Assembly: GCA_050298595.1 (NCBI GenBank)
Contig: JBNKUM010000014.1
Location: 1-64,000, forward strand
Length of the DNA: 64,000 nucleotides
DNA from: Gammaproteobacteria bacterium
GTDB lineage: Bacteria; Pseudomonadota; Gammaproteobacteria; GCA-001735895
Reading direction: 5' to 3'
A model generated the notes under the pieces. It did not search any database and was not told the DNA's origin. It worked only from the letters and a program-made list of their open reading frames with translations. The translations under genes were made by a program, and so were the position numbers. The number at the start of each line of letters is the position of its first letter. The stretch's first letter is position 1. Below are positions 39,748 to 50,617 of this stretch, piece by piece.

Positions 39748-40150
39748 GTTTTAGCGAATTCACGCATACAACGCACTAACTCTGAGAATACTTGAACCCC
39801 TTATGGCAATACAGGAGAGATTGCCGAGGGTGCTCAGCTTCCCGCGCTAACTTAGACTCCTGTTCGCGAGTCGTCCTGAACTGATGGTTAGGTGCCAGAG
39901 TATCGTCTACCATGCAATTGTATCGCTTCTCATCAACAAGGCAGGATTAAGCAGAAAGAAAGTGTAGCCCTGGACGCATGGATGCTCAGGAGCGATCAAT
40001 GTCGACTAAGTGCCTACTCCTGGAAAAACCTGCGCTCACTGCGGTTGCCCTAGAGCCGGGCTCCGTCCAACCACCTACGTCCATGTAGGCGTCTTGCGTT
40101 TATTGGAAAGCGTCCCACAATGATGAATTTACTGAGGAACTGCTGTCCAG

Positions 40151-41251
40151 TTACAGCTTATTCAGCTCTTCAACTACCAGATCACCGAAGGCATCGGTAT
40201 TGATCATCTTTACGCCACTGCCAGGCTTTGACAGGTCTGGCGTTGAGTAACCCTGTGCATACACACTCTGAATCGCTGTCCAGATATTTTTAGACTCTTC
40301 TAACATGCCAAAACTATGTTCCAGCATCATCGCGACCGAACCGATCATAGAGTAAGGGTTGGCAATATTTTTACCCGCAATATCCGGTGCAGAGCCATGT
40401 GAAGGCTCATAATATGCCTTATCGCTACCCAGACAGGCAGAAGGCATTAGTCCCAGTGAGCCCAGAATACCGCCGCCCTGATCGCTCAGGATATCGCCGA
40501 ACATATTTTCCATCACCATCACGTCAAACTGACCAGGATCGAGACACAGTAGCGTTGCTGCTGAATCGACCAGTTGATGCCTGACTTCAACTTCAGGGTA
40601 TAACGGTGCAATTTCTTCGACGATTTCATTCCATAACACACTGGATTTCAGGACGTTGCTTTTATGGATATTGTGCAGAACTTTCTTGCGCTTCATCGCC
40701 TGTTTGAATGCGAAATGAATGATTTGTGATATCTGCTTTTCATCATATTCAAGGGTTTCGCGCACATAGCGAAGACCTTCTTCATTGACGCCAACTTCCT
40801 TGTTACCGAAATACAGGCCACCTACCAGCTCGCGAATGATCAGAATATCGATGCCCTCACCTACGATCTCTGACTTTAGAGGAGAAAAGTGTGACAGGCT
40901 TTTGGGTAAATAAACCGGACGCAGATTCGCGTAGGTATCGAGATGTTTACGCAGCGGTAGAATGGCACCACGCTCTGGTTGCATATCAACCGGGATTTTC
41001 TGTGTTTCTTCATAGCTCAGTCCAACTGGGCCTTTTAGTACTGCATCGGCTTCATCACAGATTTTTTTGGTTTCTTCGGGGAATGAGTGTCCAACCTTAA
41101 AGTAAGCGCTGGCGCCAAAATCAGCATGAACCAGATCAAACTCAACATCAGCACTTCGTGCTTCAACGGCTTTCAGTACTTTAACCGCTTCCATCATGCA
41201 TTCAGGACCGATAGCATCACCATCAAGCAGCGCAATTGTGTATTTTTTCAT
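40151..41251 (-). CDS. leuB: 3-isopropylmalate dehydrogenase
   Basis: YANLRP, RELVGGLYFG, NMFGDILSD, EPSHGSAPDIAG. Confidence 0.93.
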   Translation of the reverse strand: MKKYTIALLDGDAIGPECMMEAVKVLKAVEARSADVEFDLVHADFGASAYFKVGHSFPEETKKICDEADAVLKGPVGLSYEETQKIPVDMQPERGAILPLRKHLDTYANLRPVYLPKSLSHFSPLKSEIVGEGIDILIIRELVGGLYFGNKEVGVNEEGLRYVRETLEYDEKQISQIIHFAFKQAMKRKKVLHNIHKSNVLKSSVLWNEIVEEIAPLYPEVEVRHQLVDSAATLLCLDPGQFDVMVMENMFGDILSDQGGGILGSLGLMPSACLGSDKAYYEPSHGSAPDIAGKNIANPYSMIGSVAMMLEHSFGMLEESKNIWTAIQSVYAQGYSTPDLSKPGSGVKMINTDAFGDLVVEELNKL

Positions 41252-41479
41252 ATTTAAACGTTTTAAATTAGGGTGGAAATTAATACGTGACGATTTTGTC
41301 GCGGACGTACTCTGTCAGTGGGTGCGGATTTTACAGTATGGCCTTGTATCTATCTAATTTTTCTTAAGGCAGCTCTGATCTGTATGTTTTGTCTCTTCGA
41401 GGCCTGAAGCATAGCTGTTCGTCGTTAGTATCTTTCTGGTGAATCTGTATAAAAATCAGTATATTAGAATGAAATCCAG

Positions 41480-42301
41480 CTATGGAAGAGCCGATAAATA
41501 ATTCAGTAACAGTTTTCGGTTATCGGTAATACTGAAAATATTATTATGATCCCCTTCTATCCTGATGAATTGCTTTGGCTGCCTGGCAGCATCAAATAAT
41601 CGATTGGCATGATAAATATCGACCAATTTATCCGCCTCGCTGTGCATGATTAAAACAGGTACAGGTGAAATCAATCCTATCGAGTCTAGTGGTCTATAAC
41701 TGTTATCTACTGTAAATGACAAAGGCCATTGAAATAACCAGAACAACCAGTTTCTGGATAAAACATCCTGTGTTACTTCGTGATAATCACTAAATGCATT
41801 CATAGTGACCAGCGCCTTGATTCGATCCTTAAAAGCAGAATGAGCAACTGTAAAAATACCCATACTGGCGCCGAGACTATGACCCAGTATTATCAGCTTT
41901 TCATCATCAGGTAACTCTCTAATAACATAATGTATCATTAAATCAAGATCATTGATGGTACTGTCCAGTGTCGGTATGCCTTCGGATTTTCCATAGCCAC
42001 TATAATCGAACACATATACATCATAGCCTTGTTTGGTGAGCCAGAAGGTATTTGGCAATTGAGTACTGACATTGTCACCATTACCATGAAAAAAGAGTAT
42101 TGTTCCTGACGATTTGCGTTCAGCCAACAATTTCCAGCCATGTAAGCTGTAACCATCAGAAGATTTTATGTAAACATCCTGATAATTTATATCTATTTTA
42201 TCGGGTGTTAATGGAAAAGGTTTGACCGGTACAAACAGGTAATTTGTACAACCTGTTAACAAAATAATTAGTAATAAGAATAAGAAAAGGTGACGATTCA
42301 T
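41480..42301 (-). CDS. Alpha/beta hydrolase lipoprotein
   Basis: Lipobox LTGC; FFHGNG, DYSGYGKS, GHSLG nucleophile elbow, D and H triad candidates. Confidence 0.88.
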   Translation of the reverse strand: MNRHLFLFLLLIILLTGCTNYLFVPVKPFPLTPDKIDINYQDVYIKSSDGYSLHGWKLLAERKSSGTILFFHGNGDNVSTQLPNTFWLTKQGYDVYVFDYSGYGKSEGIPTLDSTINDLDLMIHYVIRELPDDEKLIILGHSLGASMGIFTVAHSAFKDRIKALVTMNAFSDYHEVTQDVLSRNWLFWLFQWPLSFTVDNSYRPLDSIGLISPVPVLIMHSEADKLVDIYHANRLFDAARQPKQFIRIEGDHNNIFSITDNRKLLLNYLSALP

Positions 42302-42527
42302 TTCCTGAGCAAAGAAGTAATAAGTCCAATTTGAGGTTACTATATTACATATGAGTTTATAATACGCCGTTTTTGCTGAGATACATTGCTAATAACACAC
42401 TCTTAAGGCTCTCAACAGAGTGATCAAGTCACATTTTTACCCATTGTTATTTATGATAAATATGAGCTACTATAAGTTGCCTTTGCTAAAAGGCTTCTTC
42501 ATTTAATCTTCATACAGGAAAAGGAAC

Positions 42528-43004
42528 ATGAAAAAAATAATCTTAGGTTTAGCCTTAATCACCGTTTCATCTGCCTCTTTTGCAGAAGCCCCTGGTGGTC
42601 CAGATTGTGGCTGGGGTAATATGTTAATGGAAGGTAAGTCAGGAACAGGTTCTCACATAATGGCATCACTCACCAACGGTACTTCTGGGAATGCTACTTT
42701 CGGCATGACGACTGGTACAAACGGTTGTTCTACTTCTGGCACTTTAACTTATGGTGGAGCTAGCATGGTGAGTTCTATTATGAGTGAATTCTCTGAAGAC
42801 GTGGCACGTGGTCAGGGAGATGCAATGGATACTGTTGCAGTGATCTATGGCGTTGAAAAACAGGATAGAGACACTTTTGCAAAAGTTATGCATGAAAACT
42901 TCTCTGTAATTTTCCCAAATGAAAATGTGACAGCTGAAGAAATGATGGCTTCTATGGAATCTATCATGAAGGCAGATCCTGTATTGACCAAGTATATTGC
43001 TTAA
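42528..43004 (+). CDS. DUF3015-like secreted protein
   Basis: Signal peptide; GPDCGWG, TNGTSGNATFGMTTGTNGC, DVARGQGD. Confidence 0.8.
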   Translation: MKKIILGLALITVSSASFAEAPGGPDCGWGNMLMEGKSGTGSHIMASLTNGTSGNATFGMTTGTNGCSTSGTLTYGGASMVSSIMSEFSEDVARGQGDAMDTVAVIYGVEKQDRDTFAKVMHENFSVIFPNENVTAEEMMASMESIMKADPVLTKYIA

Positions 43005-43020
43005 TATATAAAGCACCTTT

Positions 43021-43067
43021 AAAAAACCTCTCTTCCCGATAATCGATTGTGGTTGAGAGGTTTTTTT
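43021..43067 (+). terminator. Probable terminator after the DUF3015-like gene
   Basis: AAAAAACCTCTC...GAGAGGTTTTTTT with a long loop. Confidence 0.55.
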
Positions 43068-43082
43068 ATGCCTCGTTAAAAA

Positions 43083-45005
43083 GTGATGTTGCAAATGTAT
43101 AAAGCCTTTCACTCATTATTTTTATCAAATAAATTTTATCTACTGATGGCTTTACTGCTCACTTCAGTAAATATCCATGCCTTCGATGAAAACCCTGAGC
43201 TGGTTAATATGCTGATCAATAAAGCCACTGAGAATAGCTTATGGAAAAAACAGGAGTGGTTGAATTTAATTCACTATAAAGTCCAAAATGATGGATATGT
43301 CAGTCAGGTTGATGATGAAAGATTCTTCTATGCTAAAAATGGGAAAACCAGTTCTAAGCAAGAGTTAATTGCAACCATTAAACAGCTTTTCATACTGACA
43401 GAAGATAGCAACCAACAAGCACAATGTCGTTTCATTGCGCGTACTGAATGGTTATCCAGTCAACTCAATATTCACAAAAACCAGCTCCCTGAAGTTAACT
43501 GTACTGAGTACAGGGAATGGTATGCACAGGCTCGCGCTGACAGTGTGACTCTGGTATTTCCTGCCTATCACCTGAATAGCCCCTCATCGATGTTTGGACA
43601 TACCTTACTAAGACTGGATAAATCAGAAATTTCCGATTCTGAGTGGATATCATTTGCGGTAAATTTTGGTGCTGATACAAGCTCAAACGACAACTCGATT
43701 GTCTACGCCTATCGGGGGCTGGTAGGTGGTTACCCAGGTCTTTTTATTACCGAGCCCTATTTCAAAAAAATTCAGGAATATAATCAAATAGAACATCGCG
43801 ATATATGGGAGTACCGGTTAAATTTAACTCCCGCCGAAACGGACAGAATGATCAAACATCTATGGGAACTAAAGACCATTAATTTTGATTACTATTTTTT
43901 TGACGAAAATTGTTCATACCGCTTACTGGAGTTAGTCGAAGTTGCCCGCCCCGGCATCGAGTTAACCGATGAGTTTAAATTAACGGCCATACCCGTCGAT
44001 ACCGTCAGGGCTATCGAGAATGCTCAACTGATTGAATCAGTCAAATTTCGCCCCTCTCGGGTGTCTGAAATTCAATATACTCTTACTCAATTACCCGAAC
44101 CACATCGAGATTTAGTTTTACAGCTTTCGAAAGATATTTCCATCTCCAAAACCAGCAAATTTACGCAACTGAATGCAACTGAAAAAAAGAGAATTGTTGC
44201 GCTTTCTTATAAATATCTGCGTTATCAAAATGCAACAGAAGCCAGAAAACCGGAAATTGTAAAACGTAGTTACCAACTTTTGGAGTTACTCAATTCATAT
44301 CCGGCCAAAATAGATGTTGAAGCATATGTACCTGTACCTTCACCACCAAATAAGGGCCATAAAAGTAAACGCTGGAATATTGGACTTGGTAAAACCCTGA
44401 AAAATCAATATATAGATCTCGGCTATAAAATGTCATTCCATGATCTTGAGGATAATATCAGCGGGTTTCTGCAAGGTGCTCAGATAAATATGGGTAATAT
44501 AAAATTTCGAATTGAAGAAGATGATGGGCTACAACTTAATCGATTTGACTTAGTTGATATTTTTTCTCTGACGCCCAGAAATGACTTTTTCTCGCCCCTG
44601 TCATGGAAGGTATATACAGGTTTAGAACGTCAGCTAACCAAAGACAGAGATCTGCTGGTGTATCATTTAACAGGTGGGGCTGGCAGTGCCTGGGAAATAC
44701 AAAAAGATCACATATTGTATGCCCTGGCAACGTTACGTCTGGAAATAAATAAGAATATGAAAACGGACCTGGAACCAGCAATAGGCTTTAATTCTGGCTT
44801 GCTTTCTCACTTTACCAATCAAACAGCACATCTTGAATTCAGTGGGGAACAGTTTGAGGAAGAGCTGTATCGAATGAGACTGATATACACCCACAACTTT
44901 GTGCTCTCAACCAATCAGTCAATAAAATTAATCGCCAAAAAACAATGGCAGGAAGATAATATTGAGTTTACAGATGTTAGTTTGAACTACCAGGCTTATT
45001 TTTAA
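43083..45005 (+). CDS. DUF4105 (Lnb N-terminal-like) domain protein with C-terminal beta-rich region
   Basis: QCRFIAR, NSPSSMFGHTLLR, YYFFDENCSYRLL; terminal Phe suggests an OM barrel; exact start uncertain. Confidence 0.8.
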   Translation: MMLQMYKAFHSLFLSNKFYLLMALLLTSVNIHAFDENPELVNMLINKATENSLWKKQEWLNLIHYKVQNDGYVSQVDDERFFYAKNGKTSSKQELIATIKQLFILTEDSNQQAQCRFIARTEWLSSQLNIHKNQLPEVNCTEYREWYAQARADSVTLVFPAYHLNSPSSMFGHTLLRLDKSEISDSEWISFAVNFGADTSSNDNSIVYAYRGLVGGYPGLFITEPYFKKIQEYNQIEHRDIWEYRLNLTPAETDRMIKHLWELKTINFDYYFFDENCSYRLLELVEVARPGIELTDEFKLTAIPVDTVRAIENAQLIESVKFRPSRVSEIQYTLTQLPEPHRDLVLQLSKDISISKTSKFTQLNATEKKRIVALSYKYLRYQNATEARKPEIVKRSYQLLELLNSYPAKIDVEAYVPVPSPPNKGHKSKRWNIGLGKTLKNQYIDLGYKMSFHDLEDNISGFLQGAQINMGNIKFRIEEDDGLQLNRFDLVDIFSLTPRNDFFSPLSWKVYTGLERQLTKDRDLLVYHLTGGAGSAWEIQKDHILYALATLRLEINKNMKTDLEPAIGFNSGLLSHFTNQTAHLEFSGEQFEEELYRMRLIYTHNFVLSTNQSIKLIAKKQWQEDNIEFTDVSLNYQAYF

Positions 45006-45198
45006 TTTTCCAAATCTAGTTTCATTCACAGATATTAGGATTTCTGTCACGCCTGTTGTGCTATGCCTTTCTGGTTAAAAAATTTTTGATTATTCTCGGA
45101 TAGTAAACACAAGAATTATTTTTAAATATTTTCATATGATACACAGCATATTTTTATTCTTTACGGTCATTCCATGGGATAGTTTTACTCATACTGAA

Positions 45199-45455
45199 TC
45201 AGGAAATAATCCTGCCACTTTTTTTGGATTCATACATGAGCGAGTCACCGCCCTCCAACAATGATTCAATGGTCTCGTGCTTAGCTGGATCTAACTCGAC
45301 TACGCCACAGGAAAATGAAATCTGATACCTACGCTCAGATTCCTGATTATATTTATCCAGTAATTTATTAAACCTGATAAAGATATTCTCTGCGTCTTTC
45401 TTTAATGTATTGATAAACAATATAACGAACTCATCTCCACCTAGCCTAGAAACGG
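45199..45455 (-). pseudogene. Truncated GGDEF-domain fragment
   Basis: VSRLGGDEFVILF...ISFSCGV...GDSLMYESKKSG; N-terminal half of the domain is absent. Confidence 0.7.
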
Positions 45456-45622
45456 AGTGTCTTAAACCGCTGGACTTCATATTCAGGGGTGTCAGGCTTT
45501 TTCATTTTTATTCCCTCAGTAATATTTTCATCCGTGTCTTTTTTTATGTCGCTCTGCTCTCAGCGATTTGAATATGATTCATTAGATAAATTGCATTTGT
45601 CACAATTAACTAAAACCAGTTT

Positions 45623-47341
45623 CTATATTTGACTGACGTTAAAAGACCTCATTCGATTCAGGGTAAATGCCAGCTCATAGGCGCGAAACTCGGCAAAGTG
45701 TCCGGAAATCTTTTCGCTGAGTATATCCAGCCCGTTTTCCTCTATATCCTGCATTACCAGATCAAGAACCTGCTTCAGCGTTCTTTCCCCATCCATATAC
45801 TTTCTGGCATAAATCATTGCGTAACCTATGGCCTTTGTCTGCGACAGTTCAATCAATTGCTCAAGATCGGTCAGGTCGATTTTATTGCGGCCAAAATGCA
45901 GGGTATTTACCTCGGTGGTATAAAGCCGCCATTTTCTGTATTCACTCATAGGATCTACGCTTTCAACCAGTGGTATACGCCTTCTGGGTTGAATGGGATA
46001 CTCAACATCTTCCTTGATTCTTTTTACCGGATAGTCGTGAATAATGTTCTTTGCCTGGGCGGTAACATCATAGGGATGATATTTGATCAACTGGATGACG
46101 TGATCAGCTGCTTCAAAATAATCACCTACCCCACCCAGAGCAAGAATGGTTGATATGTTTTTTTTAAGGTAAAGCTGACGTACTTTATCGATATAGGAAG
46201 TAATCGGTTCATCTGATTTTTTGACCAGTTTCTGCATATACATATCACGGATCATAAAGTTAGTGGCGCAGGTATCCTCATCCATCAGGATTACTTTGGC
46301 ACCTATCTCCATAGCCTCGATAATATTAGCCGCCTGCGAGGTACTGCCACTGGCATTTTCGCTGGAAAAATCGCTGGTATCTTCACGAAATGGCAGGTTC
46401 CTGATAAAGGGAGAAATATCCGTCTTAACCACATGCCTGCCACTATAGGATCTAATCTTAACCGTGTCTGGCAAAGAGACGCACAGCTCCCTGCCATCTC
46501 CGCTGATGTGGTTATATACACCCATTTCGATAGCTTGAAGCAGGGTTGATTTACCATGATAACCACCACCCGCAAGGAGGGTGATGCCTTGTGGGATACC
46601 CATTCCAGTAACGTTTCCAGCATTAGGTAGCTTAATTTCCACTCTAAGGCTTTCAGGGGATTCAAATGCAATGATCGAGTCACTTTGCATGGGTAGATCA
46701 CTAATACCACTTTCTCTGGGTAAAATTGCACCATCAGAGATAAAAGCCACTAGCCCCAGATCCGATAATTTAGTGCGTAAAAATTCTGCATCAACTGCCG
46801 TATGGATGTGAGACAGCAACTGAGGTCTATGTGTAGCTTGCTGCTGCAGTGATAAACTGACAATTTCAGGCAACTCTTCAAGCAGCATTTTAATGGCGAG
46901 CCTGGCTTTGATATTTCTTTTGGATGCGGGCAGTCCAACAAAGCAGCGGACCTCTAAACTATCTTCATTAATCACTACCGAGCTACGCTGCAGGATAGCC
47001 TGACCCGGTTCATTTATCGTGATGATACCGCTGTAACCCGGCCCTCGTCGCTTACCAGCAATGCTATTGCTATGCTGAAAAAACTGACGGGCATAAAAAT
47101 CCCGACAGGCAATTTGTTTCAGGTTTGAATCGATCATGTCTGGTCCAATGACCGTATCATGTAGAGGAAATTGAATCCGGTAAATCCCGGTATGCGGGGG
47201 GGCATAAGGGTCTTTCGGGATTTGATCGATAATTAATACAAACTGTTTAAAATCATAGTGTCCAATCAATGTCTGATAGCGGCCATAATCCTGTCCATCC
47301 AACTGAAGGATCTTTTTCTCTAGCTGGTCTATTGTGTCCAT
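45623..47341 (-). CDS. ABC-class ATPase domain-containing protein of unknown function
   Basis: GGGYHGKSTLL, ENASGSTSQAANI, MDEDTCATNFMIRD. Confidence 0.85.
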   Translation of the reverse strand: MDTIDQLEKKILQLDGQDYGRYQTLIGHYDFKQFVLIIDQIPKDPYAPPHTGIYRIQFPLHDTVIGPDMIDSNLKQIACRDFYARQFFQHSNSIAGKRRGPGYSGIITINEPGQAILQRSSVVINEDSLEVRCFVGLPASKRNIKARLAIKMLLEELPEIVSLSLQQQATHRPQLLSHIHTAVDAEFLRTKLSDLGLVAFISDGAILPRESGISDLPMQSDSIIAFESPESLRVEIKLPNAGNVTGMGIPQGITLLAGGGYHGKSTLLQAIEMGVYNHISGDGRELCVSLPDTVKIRSYSGRHVVKTDISPFIRNLPFREDTSDFSSENASGSTSQAANIIEAMEIGAKVILMDEDTCATNFMIRDMYMQKLVKKSDEPITSYIDKVRQLYLKKNISTILALGGVGDYFEAADHVIQLIKYHPYDVTAQAKNIIHDYPVKRIKEDVEYPIQPRRRIPLVESVDPMSEYRKWRLYTTEVNTLHFGRNKIDLTDLEQLIELSQTKAIGYAMIYARKYMDGERTLKQVLDLVMQDIEENGLDILSEKISGHFAEFRAYELAFTLNRMRSFNVSQI

Positions 47342-47377
47342 GATCTCCCTCTGCGCCATTGGATGAAAGATATTCAG

Positions 47378-48184
47378 TTATTCAGCAACTGAGTTAACGC
47401 TCGACTTGAGCAGCATAGGCAAATCGTTAATCGTTGGGATCACATGGTCTGCCCTGATACCGGTCTGCCGTACAAACGCTTCTCGGTACTTGCCGGTCTG
47501 CACCAGCACCGTAGCGAGTCCCGCCTGTTGTGCACCACCGATATCCGACTCGACATCATCCCCCACCATCACAGCCTGAGCTACGGAAACCTTAAGCGCA
47601 TCGCAAATACCCAGAAAAAAATCAGCCGAAGGCTTGCCCAGAATCTGCGCCTGTTTGCCGCTGGCATACTCTACAGCAGCCACAAAAACGCCTAGATCCA
47701 GATGCAGGCCATCCTCTCGCTGCCAGAATCGATTTTTATGCAGGGCCAGCACCTGAGCCCCATTCATGACCAGTTCAAAAATCCTGCGCAGTATTTCGGG
47801 CGGATACCCTTCTCCGCCTATGTCCCCCATCAACACAAAATCTGGATGCTCATCATTCTGTCTGATAGCGCTAAAATCCTCCAGCAATGCATCCCGAATA
47901 AACAGAGCCGCGCTTTGATTACCGATCACCTTGCTGGCAATTGCGGCTGGCGTGTAAATATCATTCTGTCGGATAGGGATACCCATAACAGCCAGCTTTT
48001 CAGCAATAGCACGTAGCGACTGGGTTGTGGTATTGGTGATTCCTGCGATTTGCAGACCACTGTCCAGCAGTTGCTGAACCGTTTCACCCGCAGCAGGAAC
48101 AGGCTGGTTACCGACGTATAGCACACCATCCAGGTCTAATAGAATGGCCTGTATGGGTTTATCTATATACGTATTCATGTTCAT
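47378..48184 (-). CDS. HAD-IIA hydrolase (LHPP/TIGR01458-like)
   Basis: LDLDGVLY, TNTT, GKP, MVGDDVESD, VQTGKY. Confidence 0.88.
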   Translation of the reverse strand: MNMNTYIDKPIQAILLDLDGVLYVGNQPVPAAGETVQQLLDSGLQIAGITNTTTQSLRAIAEKLAVMGIPIRQNDIYTPAAIASKVIGNQSAALFIRDALLEDFSAIRQNDEHPDFVLMGDIGGEGYPPEILRRIFELVMNGAQVLALHKNRFWQREDGLHLDLGVFVAAVEYASGKQAQILGKPSADFFLGICDALKVSVAQAVMVGDDVESDIGGAQQAGLATVLVQTGKYREAFVRQTGIRADHVIPTINDLPMLLKSSVNSVAE

Positions 48185-48258
48185 AGCTTAACCTGTCTGT
48201 AAGCAGCGATGTTGAACTCACTAACACGATATTAGATCAGACCGTCTGGTTTTGCCTG

Positions 48259-49452
48259 CTAGCCAGTGAGTTCTGCATGGATATCAGCAAAAGCCGTAAT
48301 CGCCGTATCCAGATCTTCACGGGTATGGGCTGCTGATATCTGAGTACGGATTCTCGCCTTGCCTTCTGCAACCACCGGGTAAAAGAAACCGATTGCATAC
48401 ACCCCACGCTGCAATAATCGACGCGACATTTCCTGCGCCAGTTTGGCATCACCCAGCATGACTGGCACAATGGGATGCTCACCATCGCTGATAGAGAAAC
48501 CTGCGGCTTTCATGCCTGCGCGAAAATAGCGCGTGTTTTCCATCAACCGGTCCCTTAATGCGGTGGAAGCTGTCAGCATCTCCAGCACCTTGATAGAAGC
48601 GGCGCAAATCGATGGTGCCAGGGTATTGGAAAATAGATAGGGGCGTGAGCGTTGACGTAACATATCGATGATTTCCTGACGCCCGGAGGTATAGCCACCC
48701 GATGCGCCGCCCAGCGCTTTGCCGAAGGTGCCGGTAATGATATCGACTCTATCCATGACATGATGGTATTCGTGCACTCCGCGCCCTTTATCACCCATAA
48801 ACCCCACCGCATGACAATCATCATGATGCACCATGGCATCGTATTCATCGGCCAGATCGCAAATCTTATCCAGCCTGGCAATGTTGCCATCCATAGAAAA
48901 CACCCCATCGGTGGTAATCAGGATACGCCTTGCCCCGGCAGCTTTGGCTTCTTTCAGGCGATCTTCTAAATCCTGCATATCATTATTTCTGTAGCGGTAG
49001 CGCGCGGCCTTGCACAGGCGCACGCCATCGATGATAGAGGCATGATTTAACTCATCAGAAATCACTGCATCACGCTGATCCAGAATGGTTTCAAACAGGC
49101 CGGTATTGGCATCGAAACAGGCTGCGTACAGAATCGTATCCTGCATGCCGAGGAATTCACTAACCCTTTGTTCCAGTAACTTATGTATGCTCTGGGTACC
49201 GCAGATAAAGCGCACCGAAGACAGACCGAACCCCCAGTCGTCAAAGCTGTCTCTGGCTGCCTGTATCACTTCGGAATTATTCGCCAGGCCCAGATAATTA
49301 TTAGCGCACATATTGATGACTTCACTGCCATCCTGCAGCGTGATGTCATGACTCTGCTGGGATGCAATCACCCGTTCCGTTTTCCATAAGCCTGCATCTT
49401 TTATTGCTTGCAGATCTTCACCAAGACTCTCTCTGGCACTTTTATAACTCAT
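48259..49452 (-). CDS. kbl: 2-amino-3-ketobutyrate CoA ligase (glycine C-acetyltransferase)
   Basis: [53 protein letters not shown]. Confidence 0.95.
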   Translation of the reverse strand: MSYKSARESLGEDLQAIKDAGLWKTERVIASQQSHDITLQDGSEVINMCANNYLGLANNSEVIQAARDSFDDWGFGLSSVRFICGTQSIHKLLEQRVSEFLGMQDTILYAACFDANTGLFETILDQRDAVISDELNHASIIDGVRLCKAARYRYRNNDMQDLEDRLKEAKAAGARRILITTDGVFSMDGNIARLDKICDLADEYDAMVHHDDCHAVGFMGDKGRGVHEYHHVMDRVDIITGTFGKALGGASGGYTSGRQEIIDMLRQRSRPYLFSNTLAPSICAASIKVLEMLTASTALRDRLMENTRYFRAGMKAAGFSISDGEHPIVPVMLGDAKLAQEMSRRLLQRGVYAIGFFYPVVAEGKARIRTQISAAHTREDLDTAITAFADIHAELTG

Positions 49453-49485
49453 TATTCTCTCGTTTATTTAGGTACTTTTGATTAA

Positions 49486-50520
49486 TCAGGCTTCCCAGTT
49501 AAGAATCACCTTGCCCGACTGCCCTGAGCGCATGACATCAAAGCCCTGCTGAAAATCTCGATAGTCAAAGCGATGGGTAATAATCTTTTCCAGTGGCAGG
49601 CCGGTCTGCACCATCATCGACCCCTTATACCAGGTTTCAAAGATTTCGCGTCCGTAAATCCCCTTAATGGTCAGCCCCTTAAATACCACCTGATCCCAGT
49701 CGATTCCGGAACCCGCCGGCATAATCGCCAACATCGCAATATTGCCGCCATTGATCATCAGCTTGAGCATATTGCTAAATGCCTGAGGTGAACCGGACAT
49801 TTCCAGCCCAACATCAAAGCCTTCGAAGATACCCAGCTCGTGCATCATCTCACGGCTGATAGATTCCTTGCTGACATTGATTGGAATAACTCTGGGGGTA
49901 ATCGATTTTGCCAGATCAAGTCGATATTGATTAATATCGGTAATGATGATGTTCCTGGCACCACAATGCGCGGCGACCATAGATGCCATAATACCGATGG
50001 GACCAGCCCCGGTGATAAGCACGTCTTCACCCACCATATTGAACGATAAGGCGGTATGCACCGCATTACCATAGGGATCAAAACAGGAGAGTAATTCGGT
50101 CGAGATTTCTCTGCTAGGTCGGAATACATTCTTTGCCGGAATCGACAGGTATTCAGCAAAACTACCGGTACGATTTACCCCTACCCCTATGGTGTTAGGG
50201 CATAAATGACGTCGCCCGGCCAGGCAGTTGCGACAACGATCACAGACGATATGCCCCTCACCGGAAACCACATCACCGATCTGTAGATCACTAACATTAG
50301 CCCCCATATCGGCAATTACGCCGGCAAATTCATGGCCTACCGTCATCGGAACGGGAATAGTTTTCTGCGCCCACTCATCCCAGTTATAAATATGGATATC
50401 GGTGCCACAGATGGCAGTTTTCTGAATCTTGATCAGCACATCGTTATTGCCCACTTCAGGCATGGCCACATCTTCCAGCCACAGCCCCTGCTCAGCAGAT
50501 TTTTTTACCAGTGCTTTCAT
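49486..50520 (-). CDS. tdh: L-threonine 3-dehydrogenase
   Basis: [45 protein letters not shown]. Confidence 0.95.
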   Translation of the reverse strand: MKALVKKSAEQGLWLEDVAMPEVGNNDVLIKIQKTAICGTDIHIYNWDEWAQKTIPVPMTVGHEFAGVIADMGANVSDLQIGDVVSGEGHIVCDRCRNCLAGRRHLCPNTIGVGVNRTGSFAEYLSIPAKNVFRPSREISTELLSCFDPYGNAVHTALSFNMVGEDVLITGAGPIGIMASMVAAHCGARNIIITDINQYRLDLAKSITPRVIPINVSKESISREMMHELGIFEGFDVGLEMSGSPQAFSNMLKLMINGGNIAMLAIMPAGSGIDWDQVVFKGLTIKGIYGREIFETWYKGSMMVQTGLPLEKIITHRFDYRDFQQGFDVMRSGQSGKVILNWEA

Positions 50521-50617
50521 CGCTATTCCTTCTCAATTTCAATCAGGTTATTGTACGTCTAAACAGAGTCGATAAACACAGTCAGCGATCAGTTCCAGTA
50601 ATCTACGAAAGGAGAAA

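Noticed and set aside
39773-39895. Possible integron attC site (GCACTAAC ... GTTAGGTGC)
   Set aside because: Left box does not fit RYYYAAC, inner L boxes are not complementary, and there is no integrase or cassette array
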